Sequence record: PV400809.1
Direction: 5' to 3' (one strand)
DNA length: 64,000 nucleotides
A program made the translations under genes and the position numbers. The notes under the pieces were generated by a model. That model did not search any database and was not told where the DNA came from. It saw only the letters and a list, made by a program, of their open reading frames with translations. Numbering within the stretch: the stretch's first letter is position 1; the number at the start of each line of letters is the position of its first letter. This document shows positions 18,337 through 29,027 of this stretch, in pieces.

Positions 18337-19698
18337 ATGTTAGTATTAGACGGAACGGAAGACCTCGTAGGGGGCCAGGGTGTTTTTAGTCTCTTTGAAG
18401 AGGCAAAGACTCCTGATAGTGACCTCTTAGGCGTGGAAGGGAATGAAGCCTTACTGTCAGGGGTGGAATTCCAGAGTAACCATGCCATTCTGGAGATCTT
18501 TACTAAACTGGCGACGTACTTGGAGATTACCCCTCGGTGGGCGAGTGATCTTCAGAAGTACGTGTATGCGTTCATTACCCGCCGTATGGGTGTGGTGGAC
18601 CACATGGAGTTCTTTGGGAGCCCGTACCTAGGGTTGCAGAAGATCACCTTTACTACCGCAGACCGTAACCAATGGTTCAATGACATCATTGACCTGGATG
18701 AAGAGGAACTCAAAGAGAACCTCCACAACGCGGCAGCCATTAAGAAAGAGTGGGCGGTCGTAGGGGATGCGTTCAATATGACCATTCCTTACTTGCTGTA
18801 CCGGATCCATCATTCGAAATTACCGGAGAAAGTCAAACATCAAGCCATGAAAGACGTGGTGTGCATGTACCACTACAAATGCCTCACCTCGATCATTCAC
18901 AACGACTATCCCTTTACCGCCCGTAAAGAGGTGGTCCTGGAGACCTATAACCGGTTGAGCTTGAAGTATGACATTAAACGGTATGGAAGCTGGAGGGCGT
19001 TGATTGAGGCTCGGGCGGAGTTTATCCTGAACCCTAAGACCGGTATCCACTACGAAGCCTTTACCCAGATGAACGATGATAAGAAAATCGTTTACATGGT
19101 AGGAGATATTCAGAACAGGCTTAGAAGGGCGATTAACGACATTAACAAAGTCTTCCACGATGTCAAGAACAAGACCAACATCGTTAAACTGGAGAACTCT
19201 AAGGTTAACCTCGGAGATGAACTGACCATTAAGTCGGTAGCGAAAGACGTGAATCAACACGTTCAGTACCTGGATCGTATCCTGACAGAGGAAACCTCGT
19301 TCTACAAGGAAGAGTTAATGAACTATGCAGCCAGTGTACTGGAGGATGTTCGGATGAACATGCTGACGTATACCCTGCAAGAGTTCCCTAAGCGGTACAA
19401 CAACCCCAAAACCCCTGAGTACAAACAGTTTGCTGAAACGGTCGTATTGCACCTGTTTGATTACCTGCACGCCAACAACATCAAACGCAGTAAAGTCTAC
19501 AACGTGTTGATCAAGATGCGCGGTGCTTACGGGGCGAGTCGGAGTCGGAATGACATGGTTAAGACGATTCGGGAATTAGGTGATCAGATTGTGATTGCCA
19601 TTACCGGACGTAAAACCCCTCAGTGGGTATTAACCACTCGTACTGCGTTGTGCTTGTTCATTGTACTGCGCGTACTGTCCAAGGATTATTTCGAATAA
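18337..19698 (+). CDS. Conserved hypothetical, probably virion protein
   Basis: Start reassigned to MLVLDG after an AAGAGGGG RBS. Confidence 0.75.
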   Translation: MLVLDGTEDLVGGQGVFSLFEEAKTPDSDLLGVEGNEALLSGVEFQSNHAILEIFTKLATYLEITPRWASDLQKYVYAFITRRMGVVDHMEFFGSPYLGLQKITFTTADRNQWFNDIIDLDEEELKENLHNAAAIKKEWAVVGDAFNMTIPYLLYRIHHSKLPEKVKHQAMKDVVCMYHYKCLTSIIHNDYPFTARKEVVLETYNRLSLKYDIKRYGSWRALIEARAEFILNPKTGIHYEAFTQMNDDKKIVYMVGDIQNRLRRAINDINKVFHDVKNKTNIVKLENSKVNLGDELTIKSVAKDVNQHVQYLDRILTEETSFYKEELMNYAASVLEDVRMNMLTYTLQEFPKRYNNPKTPEYKQFAETVVLHLFDYLHANNIKRSKVYNVLIKMRGAYGASRSRNDMVKTIRELGDQIVIAITGRKTPQWVLTTRTALCLFIVLRVLSKDYFE

Positions 19699-19745
19699 CC
19701 AGTTACAAGGAATTTATTCATGCAGACCGCATAGGAGCGGACAGT

Positions 19746-20042
19746 ATGCACGCACTCCCCTTGACCCAAAAGCTTCTCTGTTCGTGCCATACCCACACCA
19801 TGGTTAGTGTGATGGTGGAAAGTGGTTCAGCGTCACTCCGGGTGTTCATGATCTTCCCTTGGATCCCTACGCCACCCGGTGAACCCTCCAGGCCGCCGAT
19901 GTTCGACGAGAACTCGCCGAATTACCGTTGGTATCTGGATCAAACCGCCGCCTCTGAAGCCTTCACCCTGTTGGCCAACGGCAAGCCGGCTAAAGGCCAC
20001 ACCCTGCAAGAACTGGAACATGCACTGCTTGCTGTAGCGTAA
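19746..20042 (+). CDS. Hypothetical protein, 98 aa
   Basis: TAGGAG RBS 8 nt before ATG (MHALPL...). Confidence 0.55.
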   Translation: MHALPLTQKLLCSCHTHTMVSVMVESGSASLRVFMIFPWIPTPPGEPSRPPMFDENSPNYRWYLDQTAASEAFTLLANGKPAKGHTLQELEHALLAVA

Positions 20043-20097
20043 CCCTTGTAACTAAGTGGGTTATACCGCCCTTTCTGAAGCAGAAATAACCCGATAC

Positions 20098-20126
20098 CTC
20101 CTGGAGCCCCACAAGGGCTCCAGGAG
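20098..20126. terminator. Terminator hairpin between convergent genes
   Basis: CTCCTGGAGCCC/GGGCTCCAGGAG stem. Confidence 0.65.
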
Positions 20127-20135
20127 GGTCAGGTC

Positions 20136-23100
20136 TTATGCTGTTCTGCGTTGTTGCAGTAGGCGTTTGTTGCGTTCCACTTTAGCGTTCTCCAACAGCA
20201 CGTCAATGGTCATCATGCGATTCTGTTCCGGAGGCAACATCTTGGCTAACTTCCGAATCTCCACCTCTAGACGAAGTGCTAAGATATTGTCCTGGGTGCT
20301 CATCAGTTCTTCAGTTAGGCTGTGAACCTTACTCCGGACTTTATCGATGAGTTGAACCACGTACGGCTCATACTCGGTTCGTCCTTGGTTCTGGGCAGAG
20401 TTCAGTAAGTTGCGGGTGTCCGTTAGGGCAATCCCCGGAGGGATCCCGTACAAGGACTTGTTCTCCCCGAGCTTAATGAACCAGTAGCTCAGTAGCCACG
20501 CAATGACCAAGTCATCGTGCTGCTTCGCATCGTGGTCGATTCGATCCCCCTTGAGTTTCAGGTTGATCAATTCATCCGCGAGCTTCGCATAACAGAGGCC
20601 GTACCCGGTATTCCCAACCGCCTCTTGGATGAGGCCGTACAGGACGTCCCGACTGGTCTTGGTCGTTACGAACCCGAAGTATTGTTTATACTTCAGGTAG
20701 AACGCTTTATTCCGGTAAGCAAATTTGGTGTTCTGGACTTCCTCAAACTCCTTAGCGTTATTGACGGTGTCTTGGTAGATTTGGTTAAAGACCCGTTTAA
20801 AGGGGTCCATGCCCTTAGCCGGCAGCATAATCAACAGACTGTCGATCATGTGATGCGCGTAGTTACGCTCAATGATCAAGGTGCTGTTCTGAATCACGTC
20901 CAGCAAATCCACAACAATGGCTGTGACATCATCCAAGAAGGTTAAGGGATATCGTCCCACCCCAATGACCTTACCCGTCTTCATACTGCGAATCACAATG
21001 GTGCAGGCATCCTTGTTAATGGCTGAGGACGTATCCACACCAATCAGGAAATGGTCATTGTACTCCTTCTTTGCCATCTCCAACAATTCCTGTTGGGTCA
21101 CAAAGAAGTCCACGTACAGGTTACAGTCCCGATATTCCTTACTCCACACCACGTCCCGCTTCATGTTGTTAATGGCTTCCCGGGTCACATCGTCAAACAA
21201 CCGATTCTCCCCATCTTCCACCCACATGAGCAATAAGTCGATCTTGGCTTTCGCCAAACTCAATCCTAGCAGGTCAATGGTTTCCCGCACCCAGGCTTTG
21301 TCCTTACCCAGTTGAAGGTAATTGTACACCATGGAGACTGACGGAGAGGTTGTCTTCGTAGGGGAAGCCCTGAGTAACATCTGCCTCAAGTGACTCTCAC
21401 TGAAGCAATCAAAGAACTTCTCCCGCCACTCCGTTGCACTCATGAGTTTATTGAACATAAACTCCCCGCTGGGATGGAGCGTGGTATTGGGGGTCGTAAT
21501 GTGCGTAATCCCATACGGCAACCCCTGCTCTCTGCACAACGCCATTTCCGTTAGCGAGGACGGGGAACACCCGTCAATGATGGTGTCGATGAACCGAATA
21601 TACCCGGACTCATCGTAGTTGGTAGTCCCTACCCGTAACCCCCGACCGAGATCCCCTGCTGCATCCTGACTGATCTGAGGAACGTTAATGTACAGCGTAT
21701 TAACGTTATCTTCCCCAAAGGCCTTGTAGGTCAGACTGGTACCAGCATCCTTGTCCTTGTAGGTCGAGTTAATCAAATACGAGGGAATTGAACTCCGAAT
21801 CTGTTTAATAGCCGCAATGAACTGAGCTCGGTTATCCGACTTCAAGGTAATCAAGTGGCTGGTATACCCCCGCCCCATGATGTACGTTAACCAGAAGTCA
21901 ATCACCTGAACCGATACCGTGTTGTGGGTCACAATGAAGTCATCGGTCAAATACAACTGTTCACTGTTATCGACTTCAATACAGGTACAATCGTCATCCC
22001 CTACGAAAGTCACCCGCTCGATCAGCAACCGATTATCAAAGACGACATTCTCTTCCCTGAACTTGAACGGAGGTACCTCTTCCGGTAGGGTAATCTCTAC
22101 TCCGTTCTTGGTGACTTTACCGGTTCCACCTAGACTACGGGCTAAATACGCCAGTTGACCTCCTAGGACGCGATTTAAGGCTATAAAGACCTTACCCCTA
22201 CCAACCTTACCCCTAACGTCTAAAAACGCCTGTAAGAGGTCTCTCCGGGCGTTTAAAGGGGCTTCTAGGTATTGATCCGGTAAACCGTGTTCCCTGTTGA
22301 ATAAATAAGGTTGGTTATCAGTCCGTTCTAAGCAACTGTTAGCCACTCCCTGAATAACTGTTACCCCCCGAGGGAGATGATCAACTACGTACTGTTTAAC
22401 CGCATCCGTACGCGTGGGGATAATAACCTTACCGTCTTGATCTTGTCCGCAATAGATCAACCCGAGAACGTACGGGTCAATAGGTAGGTCCTGTTCACTC
22501 CCGGGTACCGGAGCCGGTAACGGCAATTGAAGTTTAACCTTCTTCTTCAACAGGTTAATGACATCAACGGTCGAATAGTCATTCCAGAGTGCACGTCCAT
22601 TGAGGCAGTTGGAATAATCCTTCAAGGTCCACAGATGTTCAGTCCCTACGTCTGTAGCTCGTCCGTCACTGGTAATGACGCGATACAACCGGCGTTTACC
22701 CTGGGGATGAATACCAATCACCTGACACGGCTTCCCGGAACGGTCCAGGACTTGATCCCCCACCCGTAGGTGTTCGATCCGTTTCCAAGTATCCTGAGGG
22801 GTAATAGTCTTCAGGGTATCCTTAGGTACAATACGGACCTTAGCACTGTTACGCTGCTGCTTACCCTGTTGCCGCGGCATGATCATGTAGGTGGTAATGT
22901 GATTCAAATACGACCAAATAAAGCTGATATTCCCCCGGTTCGCTAAGAAGGGCTGATTCGGCTTTAACCGACAGACTTCCCGTAGGAAGTACCAAAAGTT
23001 ACTCCGACACTCCTCCAGGACCCACACCTGTTGCTCAGGAGTGAGGTTAGGATCAAAGGGATCCACTCCTTTCAACAGGGGATTGTTCAATTGGAGAATA

Positions 23101-23402
23101 AAGTAAAAGTTATTGATTCCCTGTTGCCTGAACACTTCGGTGGTTCTGAGGAAACTGGTATTCCGGGTCTCCCGATCATAACCCGCTTGGTAGTTGAAAA
23201 AGTCCTTGAGAAAACGAACAGTCTTAATACCGCTTAAGCTGTCTTCATTGAAGTGAGCTAAAAGGGTTTCATCGTCTGTTCGAGCCTCCCAATCAATACG
23301 GAGGCGTTTATCATCGATCAGTTCTTTGGGTAGGTTGTTACATCTCAGGTACTTAACCAACCATTTAGCATAGGAAAGGGATGTGTTCTGTTCGTCTGTC
23401 AT
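20136..23402 (-). CDS. terL: Terminase large subunit, intein-containing
   Basis: After intein removal, Walker A reads PRQQGK-TVS; Walker B TTNYDE; nuclease acidic motifs GVDTS, IERN, HDDLVIAW. Confidence 0.9.
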   Translation of the reverse strand: MTDEQNTSLSYAKWLVKYLRCNNLPKELIDDKRLRIDWEARTDDETLLAHFNEDSLSGIKTVRFLKDFFNYQAGYDRETRNTSFLRTTEVFRQQGINNFYFILQLNNPLLKGVDPFDPNLTPEQQVWVLEECRSNFWYFLREVCRLKPNQPFLANRGNISFIWSYLNHITTYMIMPRQQGKQQRNSAKVRIVPKDTLKTITPQDTWKRIEHLRVGDQVLDRSGKPCQVIGIHPQGKRRLYRVITSDGRATDVGTEHLWTLKDYSNCLNGRALWNDYSTVDVINLLKKKVKLQLPLPAPVPGSEQDLPIDPYVLGLIYCGQDQDGKVIIPTRTDAVKQYVVDHLPRGVTVIQGVANSCLERTDNQPYLFNREHGLPDQYLEAPLNARRDLLQAFLDVRGKVGRGKVFIALNRVLGGQLAYLARSLGGTGKVTKNGVEITLPEEVPPFKFREENVVFDNRLLIERVTFVGDDDCTCIEVDNSEQLYLTDDFIVTHNTVSVQVIDFWLTYIMGRGYTSHLITLKSDNRAQFIAAIKQIRSSIPSYLINSTYKDKDAGTSLTYKAFGEDNVNTLYINVPQISQDAAGDLGRGLRVGTTNYDESGYIRFIDTIIDGCSPSSLTEMALCREQGLPYGITHITTPNTTLHPSGEFMFNKLMSATEWREKFFDCFSESHLRQMLLRASPTKTTSPSVSMVYNYLQLGKDKAWVRETIDLLGLSLAKAKIDLLLMWVEDGENRLFDDVTREAINNMKRDVVWSKEYRDCNLYVDFFVTQQELLEMAKKEYNDHFLIGVDTSSAINKDACTIVIRSMKTGKVIGVGRYPLTFLDDVTAIVVDLLDVIQNSTLIIERNYAHHMIDSLLIMLPAKGMDPFKRVFNQIYQDTVNNAKEFEEVQNTKFAYRNKAFYLKYKQYFGFVTTKTSRDVLYGLIQEAVGNTGYGLCYAKLADELINLKLKGDRIDHDAKQHDDLVIAWLLSYWFIKLGENKSLYGIPPGIALTDTRNLLNSAQNQGRTEYEPYVVQLIDKVRSKVHSLTEELMSTQDNILALRLEVEIRKLAKMLPPEQNRMMTIDVLLENAKVERNKRLLQQRRTA
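21921..22859 (-). mobile_element. Class 3 intein (313 aa) with a degenerate LAGLIDADG-type endonuclease
   Basis: Begins QQRNSAKV and ends FIVTHN before Thr+1; block B EHLW, block F CTCIEV and block G THN give the W-C-T triad. Confidence 0.9.
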
Positions 23403-23434
23403 ACATCAACTCCACGAAAACCCTATAACAATCA

Positions 23435-23463
23435 AGTAACCCTGGGCGTTGCCCAGGGTTACT
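23435..23463 (-). terminator. Terminator-like hairpin between the 61-aa gene and terminase
   Basis: AGTAACCCTGGGC/GCCCAGGGTTACT stem. Confidence 0.6.
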
Positions 23464-23487
23464 CTTTAACTATAGGATCAACCGCCG

Positions 23488-23673
23488 TTAACCTTCGGGT
23501 TCCAACCGAGTCCGTTCGTGAATGATGACGTGCTTAGCGCCGAACACCACCACTTCCGTCTTCTCACCGTTCTGAAGAATAACCTCTTGCGAGATATCTT
23601 CAGGCGTCTGGACCCGAACCACTACTTCCTTATCTTCGGTACAATGAGCGGTTACGTTAACCGTACTGGTCAT
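23488..23673 (-). CDS. Small beta-rich hypothetical protein, 61 aa
   Basis: Strong AAGGAGG RBS. Confidence 0.75.
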   Translation of the reverse strand: MTSTVNVTAHCTEDKEVVVRVQTPEDISQEVILQNGEKTEVVVFGAKHVIIHERTRLEPEG

Positions 23674-23685
23674 TTTGTTTCCTCC

Positions 23686-25410
23686 TTAAGGAAATTCAAC
23701 CGTTACACCGGTAACGGCCAGTTGCTTCTCATCACCAGACGTTTGGCGTTCTACCCAACGAAGGAACCAGGTCTTGCCCTTCTGAAGTTCAATGTTGATG
23801 GTGTTGTTCTTATTCCAATCCGAGATCGGATACCGCCAGGAACGCCCGTCTTCATGAACCAGGTAGAAATGAGTGGGTAAAGGAGCTTTCTCTTCATCGA
23901 ACCGATTGAAGCTAGGTTCGACCCCCCAATACAACGCTTTCAGCCAATCCGTTTGATTACCGTACCCGTTGGCCACATTGACCGTGGTAGCGACTCCGGA
24001 GTTCTTAGCGACAATGAACTTCGCTTCGTACGACGGTTTATTCTGCGAGAAGGACACGTCAAAGCGTTTACCCGGCCCATTGATGTCTTTATACAACACA
24101 ATGGTGGTGTACTGCCGGAAGATCACACTCTCGTACTGACTCGATACATCCCTCAAGTTCAAGTTAAAGATCAAAGATTGAGCAACCCCGTAGGCGGAAG
24201 GCCGCCAGACTTCACTCTTCTCATTGAACTTCACTTGAGCGGTCACATCAATGGCTGTTTTCCGATCCAGATCCAACAGCCAATGTTGGAGTCGATACCC
24301 CGAAATACTCGGATCCCATTGCGGGAAGGTGTAGATCTTCGGCGAGTAAGCGCCTTTAACAGGACCGGCTTCTACCGAATAGGTTCGACTGATATGATCA
24401 GGACTCCCGGGTTTGGCAATGTAATGCTGTTCATTCGCTGCCAGTTTAAGGGTCAGAACGATCTCACCCTCTTGACCCGGCCAGGTGGGACGCCATTCAT
24501 TCAACCCATACAGGTTGAACCGTTCGCCGTTCACCGGCATGGGCGCACTGGTGCTGCCGTCTGAGTAATGAATCACCGCCCTGAACTCAATAGCCGTTAC
24601 CAATACGTTCACCGGAATGATAATCTTCTCCGTATTGAGCGTGTTGGTAAACCACGGTGTGAGCAGTTCAATCTCCGTGACATACTTGGTACCAATCTGG
24701 TGATCCCGCATGTACGCACAGTGCTGGACCATTACAGGTTGAACCGGGGGAATGAAGTTACCCCCCTCGTCATAGAACACCAACGTACAACGTGTACCGT
24801 CTTTCAGGGCTTCCTCGTTCTCCGTGACACTGAAAGGACCCGTGGTCATAATCTCCAGGTTCGTACGATCTACGATCTCAGCCAACTTGGTAGGTACCTT
24901 GTTGCTGATCATATTCGCCGACTTGTCGTACTGAGCACTGATGATCCGACCGTTATCACTGGCGTCGTTACCGAGGTAGAGTTTAGCGTACGCTGCACCG
25001 GGTCGCATGATGGTGCTGTCAACGCGCGCCACGTTAGGCCGTTGACTGTAGTCCACACTCAGCAAGGCTTCACCCAGCAGAGGACCCCCTCGTAGACCGA
25101 AGATCCAGTCTTGTTCAGTCGTAGTACCGTCCTCACTGGTCCGAGGTTCCCACGGGACCAAGGTAGACTTCAAGGTCTTCCCCTGATAATCCACATGAAT
25201 CACCTCCAGGAACTGTTTATTAGGTACATCAATCACCAATTCCCGTTCCCGGGGGACTACGTACTTAACAATGTCCTCCGGCGGATGCTTGTCCGGATCA
25301 TAGATGTCAGGCAGGTAATGGATCCTGTACCGTTGGCCGTCATTCTCAGGAGCCAAATCAGTACCCGCCACCGCTCGCTCAGCACTCGTGCTGGGTTTGT
25401 TGTCAAACAT
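23686..25410 (-). CDS. Virion structural protein, baseplate-like (phiKZ gp26 position)
   Basis: 574-aa beta-rich ORF; synteny between terminase and sheath. Confidence 0.6.
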   Translation of the reverse strand: MFDNKPSTSAERAVAGTDLAPENDGQRYRIHYLPDIYDPDKHPPEDIVKYVVPRERELVIDVPNKQFLEVIHVDYQGKTLKSTLVPWEPRTSEDGTTTEQDWIFGLRGGPLLGEALLSVDYSQRPNVARVDSTIMRPGAAYAKLYLGNDASDNGRIISAQYDKSANMISNKVPTKLAEIVDRTNLEIMTTGPFSVTENEEALKDGTRCTLVFYDEGGNFIPPVQPVMVQHCAYMRDHQIGTKYVTEIELLTPWFTNTLNTEKIIIPVNVLVTAIEFRAVIHYSDGSTSAPMPVNGERFNLYGLNEWRPTWPGQEGEIVLTLKLAANEQHYIAKPGSPDHISRTYSVEAGPVKGAYSPKIYTFPQWDPSISGYRLQHWLLDLDRKTAIDVTAQVKFNEKSEVWRPSAYGVAQSLIFNLNLRDVSSQYESVIFRQYTTIVLYKDINGPGKRFDVSFSQNKPSYEAKFIVAKNSGVATTVNVANGYGNQTDWLKALYWGVEPSFNRFDEEKAPLPTHFYLVHEDGRSWRYPISDWNKNNTINIELQKGKTWFLRWVERQTSGDEKQLAVTGVTVEFP

Positions 25411-25421
25411 GAATATCCCCT

Positions 25422-28034
25422 TTAGTCACTGTTACTTACTTCAAAGTGGCCTTCAATGACACAGACAGACTTCAAGTAAAGGTCGTTCACTTGCTTAATG
25501 AAGACAAACTGGTTGGGTGTTACCGAGAGCAGTTCATCATTCGCGTAGGGCATAATGGCAAAATAGCGGAGGTCGTATTCCCGAATCACCGGGTCATACT
25601 TTAACCACCACTTGTACGGACTGACCTGTTCCTCAATGAACTGAGGACTGTACGTCTCTTCACCGTCTACTCGATTAGGAACCACCAACAACCGGTTCTT
25701 AATCGCATTCACCACCACATTCAGGAAGGGGCTGAACAACCGGTACTTATCCTGAAGGGTCGGTATCACCGGATCCACCAACGGCTTAGGACAGTATTCC
25801 GTTAAGTAATCACTCACCCGTTGATCAATCTCCCGACTCTCTTTATACCCTGGGAAGTTGTCATAGGGGACGACATACTTAATGGGTTGGAAGACATGTT
25901 TGACCATGTACGGTAACCCATTGAGGTGATTCCAGAGGTTATCTGGAGAAGACAGCTCGGCCGTAGGCACATCGTCCGTTACCACCAAACGACCTCCAAT
26001 GACGGTACGCGTTACCCGGTCTTCCCTCAGGTTATACCGTTTAAACCGTCCGATCACCCCACCGTCCACAAACCCGAGTTCGGTTTCTACCTTAGGACGT
26101 TCCTTATCCTCCCACAGGTCATGGCAACGCACCACAAACTGTTGAGCACCCGGTCGAATGAACTGTTTATTGATGATGTAGCAGTACCCGTTGTCAAAGA
26201 TCCAATCGACATTATCAATCAATGGATGACCGTTCATCCAAATATCGATTTGAGCAGGAATCAAAGGGACTGCCAATCCACCCGGTTCATAGATGTGGGT
26301 AATGGCAAAGCTCAAGCTGTGATCAATGTGATCCAGTTCAAACCCATAAGCCAAGGTCCGGGTATTGAAGACCACTACCCCACGTTGGTTAACGGGATCC
26401 AATCCTTTCCAGACTAAGACTTCATTAACCACCTCGTAGATCTTCTTATCCCCAGTGACATCCGTTAACGCACCGGTGATTTCCCCTCGATCCACATTGA
26501 AATGACTGGTATACACCCTGAACCCATCAAAGGGGTCTAAGGGCAGATCGGTATTGGTTACCACATAGTCCAACGTTCGTCCGTATTGACCACAGGTGAA
26601 CTCAACGAGTTGACACTTCGGATTCCGAGGTGCGTAGTACCGAATATTGTTGACATTGTGGTATTCCAACAGGCACCCGTTCTCATCATGTTCCCAAGCG
26701 GTACAACTGACTCGGTAACTGATGGGGATCTCAACCCCTCGACCACCCGCCTCGTATACCGCTTTAAGGGGAGTTTCACTGAGGACCCGAGTCGCCGCAT
26801 TGTACCCCACTGCTTTACGAGCGCCCTCTACGGTCAGCGCTTTCATTTGACTCCGGGTAAAACTCATCACCACCCCAGCTTCCAGATTAGGAGCGGTCCA
26901 CTCCGGTACCGTTGCTCGATCACCTGTCATGGCTTTAAGGATGTTTTCATCAGTCATCCGGTAGAGGTAACGGATCCGTTGATTATCATGTGGCCAAGGA
27001 TATTCCCAATCCGTTTTACGAACCAATACCAGGATACGAATATCCTTCACCTCACTGAGGTCCTTGTGGTAATTACTCGCGGCTTGGATCTGGTCATCCG
27101 CGATGGCAACATCCACATGAGTCAACTGACGAATCGTACTCACCGCATTCCGATGGAAATACAGACCTGTCGACCCTTTACCCAACAGGTAGTAATCGTT
27201 GTCATCAAAATACCGAAGGGTAAAGTCCCCTGGGCGTTTAGGAGGATGCAGGATCAGTTTCCGTTTCTTATCCAAGGTGGAATAGAAGTCTTGCAGGGTG
27301 TTGTACGCGTACAGCTCCGTACGGATCACAGTGGGGTCATGGAAGAACTCCACTACATCCCCTAGGACCAAATTAGGAATCGACCCTGGATTACCATGCC
27401 AATAGACCCCATTCACTGTTACCCCGGTAAACCCAGGCTTGGCTTTACAGGCTAAGTAGCGGTTATTAAAGACCGCCAGTTCAGCCTGACTCTCGTACAC
27501 CATGGTCTCATAGACGTACGGGTTACTGGCAGCATTCGCAGTTTGTTCATTCTTCGCCACGTCACTGGAAGCGGTGTAGCATCGAAAGAACATTTCCTGA
27601 CCCGTTGGCATGGGGTAGGTGTTATACTTCTCCAGGGCGATAAACGTGAGCTTATCGTACGTCATCATGACCCAAGCTTTATTCCGGCTGTACTGGTACC
27701 CTTTGGTGTTGTAGATATCCAGCTGAACACCCCGGCGTTTACACAGCTCGGCCAGGTTCATCCACCGGTCTAAGGGATTCCGTTTCAGTAAGTTGGTATG
27801 GAAGTTCCAATACCCTGCATCTAACCCCCCTACAGAAAAGACGTAATAGAACGTATCCCGCTTAGGCAAACTCCGCCATTTGCCCATAAAGGAGAAGTTG
27901 TCCACATCTCCGTAGTAGTCACTGAGCCGTACTGTACGCACCTGGTACTGGTTATTCTCTTCCGGGTTACCCCACAGGTGGTCTGTCGCGTAGGCCAGCA
28001 ATGGGTTATCCGTATCAAACCCTTTCATGGTCAT
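25422..28034 (-). CDS. Virion structural protein, baseplate-like (phiKZ gp27 position)
   Basis: 870-aa ORF; synteny. Confidence 0.6.
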   Translation of the reverse strand: MTMKGFDTDNPLLAYATDHLWGNPEENNQYQVRTVRLSDYYGDVDNFSFMGKWRSLPKRDTFYYVFSVGGLDAGYWNFHTNLLKRNPLDRWMNLAELCKRRGVQLDIYNTKGYQYSRNKAWVMMTYDKLTFIALEKYNTYPMPTGQEMFFRCYTASSDVAKNEQTANAASNPYVYETMVYESQAELAVFNNRYLACKAKPGFTGVTVNGVYWHGNPGSIPNLVLGDVVEFFHDPTVIRTELYAYNTLQDFYSTLDKKRKLILHPPKRPGDFTLRYFDDNDYYLLGKGSTGLYFHRNAVSTIRQLTHVDVAIADDQIQAASNYHKDLSEVKDIRILVLVRKTDWEYPWPHDNQRIRYLYRMTDENILKAMTGDRATVPEWTAPNLEAGVVMSFTRSQMKALTVEGARKAVGYNAATRVLSETPLKAVYEAGGRGVEIPISYRVSCTAWEHDENGCLLEYHNVNNIRYYAPRNPKCQLVEFTCGQYGRTLDYVVTNTDLPLDPFDGFRVYTSHFNVDRGEITGALTDVTGDKKIYEVVNEVLVWKGLDPVNQRGVVVFNTRTLAYGFELDHIDHSLSFAITHIYEPGGLAVPLIPAQIDIWMNGHPLIDNVDWIFDNGYCYIINKQFIRPGAQQFVVRCHDLWEDKERPKVETELGFVDGGVIGRFKRYNLREDRVTRTVIGGRLVVTDDVPTAELSSPDNLWNHLNGLPYMVKHVFQPIKYVVPYDNFPGYKESREIDQRVSDYLTEYCPKPLVDPVIPTLQDKYRLFSPFLNVVVNAIKNRLLVVPNRVDGEETYSPQFIEEQVSPYKWWLKYDPVIREYDLRYFAIMPYANDELLSVTPNQFVFIKQVNDLYLKSVCVIEGHFEVSNSD

Positions 28035-28039
28035 AACTG

Positions 28040-28918
28040 TTACCCGTTGAGATCATACGTGTAATCGATGTTCTTAAGGAAGGTATCCAGGATCCCTTTG
28101 TTGTATTTAGGATCCAATGCCATTCCCAGCGGTGTTTTATTCAGCGCCCTGAAACGTGCTGCACCATAGACAAAGGCCGTCAACAAGCAAGGTGCTTCAG
28201 ACGCAGCTTCAAAGACCTGTTTCCCCAGCCCCGTAAAGGCCAATCCACCCACCACAGCAATGAAGTCCTTAAGACCCATCCCTTTGAGTTTATACAACAC
28301 AGGATTCTTACGAATCTCACTGAGGAGGTCTTCCAGCTTACTCAGATGAGGGAGATCGGCAATGACCCCCAATACAAAGTCTTTTTCCATCCCGTACACA
28401 TTACGCAGGACATTCTCAACTACAAAGACCAGGTCATTGTTCGGGTTCTCTTGAAGACAAACCACATAATACCCAATCAACACCTTCAGGGTCGAAGACT
28501 CTACGATATCCAAACCACCCCGCATCGTTAACCGTTGGGTTAGCGCGTCACTAAAGGCTTTGGTTACCATATTGCGACTCAGCTTAACCGGACCGAAGTT
28601 CAACTCAGCAACATCCTGTTGTAGAAACGCCGCCAGTCGCATAATAGTCAGGTCATTCTGGTTCGTGACTCGGTTCTGTTTATCCCGGTACGGACGTTCG
28701 TCATACACCGTAATGGTTTGGCGGGTATGGGTCTGTAAAGTAATCGGAAAAGCAATGGTCGAAAACGGAACGTTGGTGGCGTGCGTAATAACGTAGACCT
28801 TGTCTTTCTTAGTGGGAGACAGATTGTTAGTCAGATGAAGGGTTTTGATGACTTCGTCTACGTGGTGAGACGCCCGGATCACTTTACCGACCGTGGTGTC
28901 ATAGGCATTGATCAGCAT
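28040..28918 (-). CDS. Virion structural protein (phiKZ gp28 position)
   Basis: 292-aa ORF divergent from the sheath gene. Confidence 0.6.
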   Translation of the reverse strand: MLINAYDTTVGKVIRASHHVDEVIKTLHLTNNLSPTKKDKVYVITHATNVPFSTIAFPITLQTHTRQTITVYDERPYRDKQNRVTNQNDLTIMRLAAFLQQDVAELNFGPVKLSRNMVTKAFSDALTQRLTMRGGLDIVESSTLKVLIGYYVVCLQENPNNDLVFVVENVLRNVYGMEKDFVLGVIADLPHLSKLEDLLSEIRKNPVLYKLKGMGLKDFIAVVGGLAFTGLGKQVFEAASEAPCLLTAFVYGAARFRALNKTPLGMALDPKYNKGILDTFLKNIDYTYDLNG

Positions 28919-29027
28919 GGTAGATATTCCTTAAAATAACATGTTATGTGACAGTGCCTTATTACACTGTACGGCCCTGAAAATGGGTTCATACGATTGC
29001 TTCAAACTTTTCCCCCACGAGGTTGCC

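Noticed and set aside
23399-23410. TATG overlapping start codons (terminase and others) as late promoters
   Set aside because: Initiation there would remove the RBS, and TATG is common by chance at start codons
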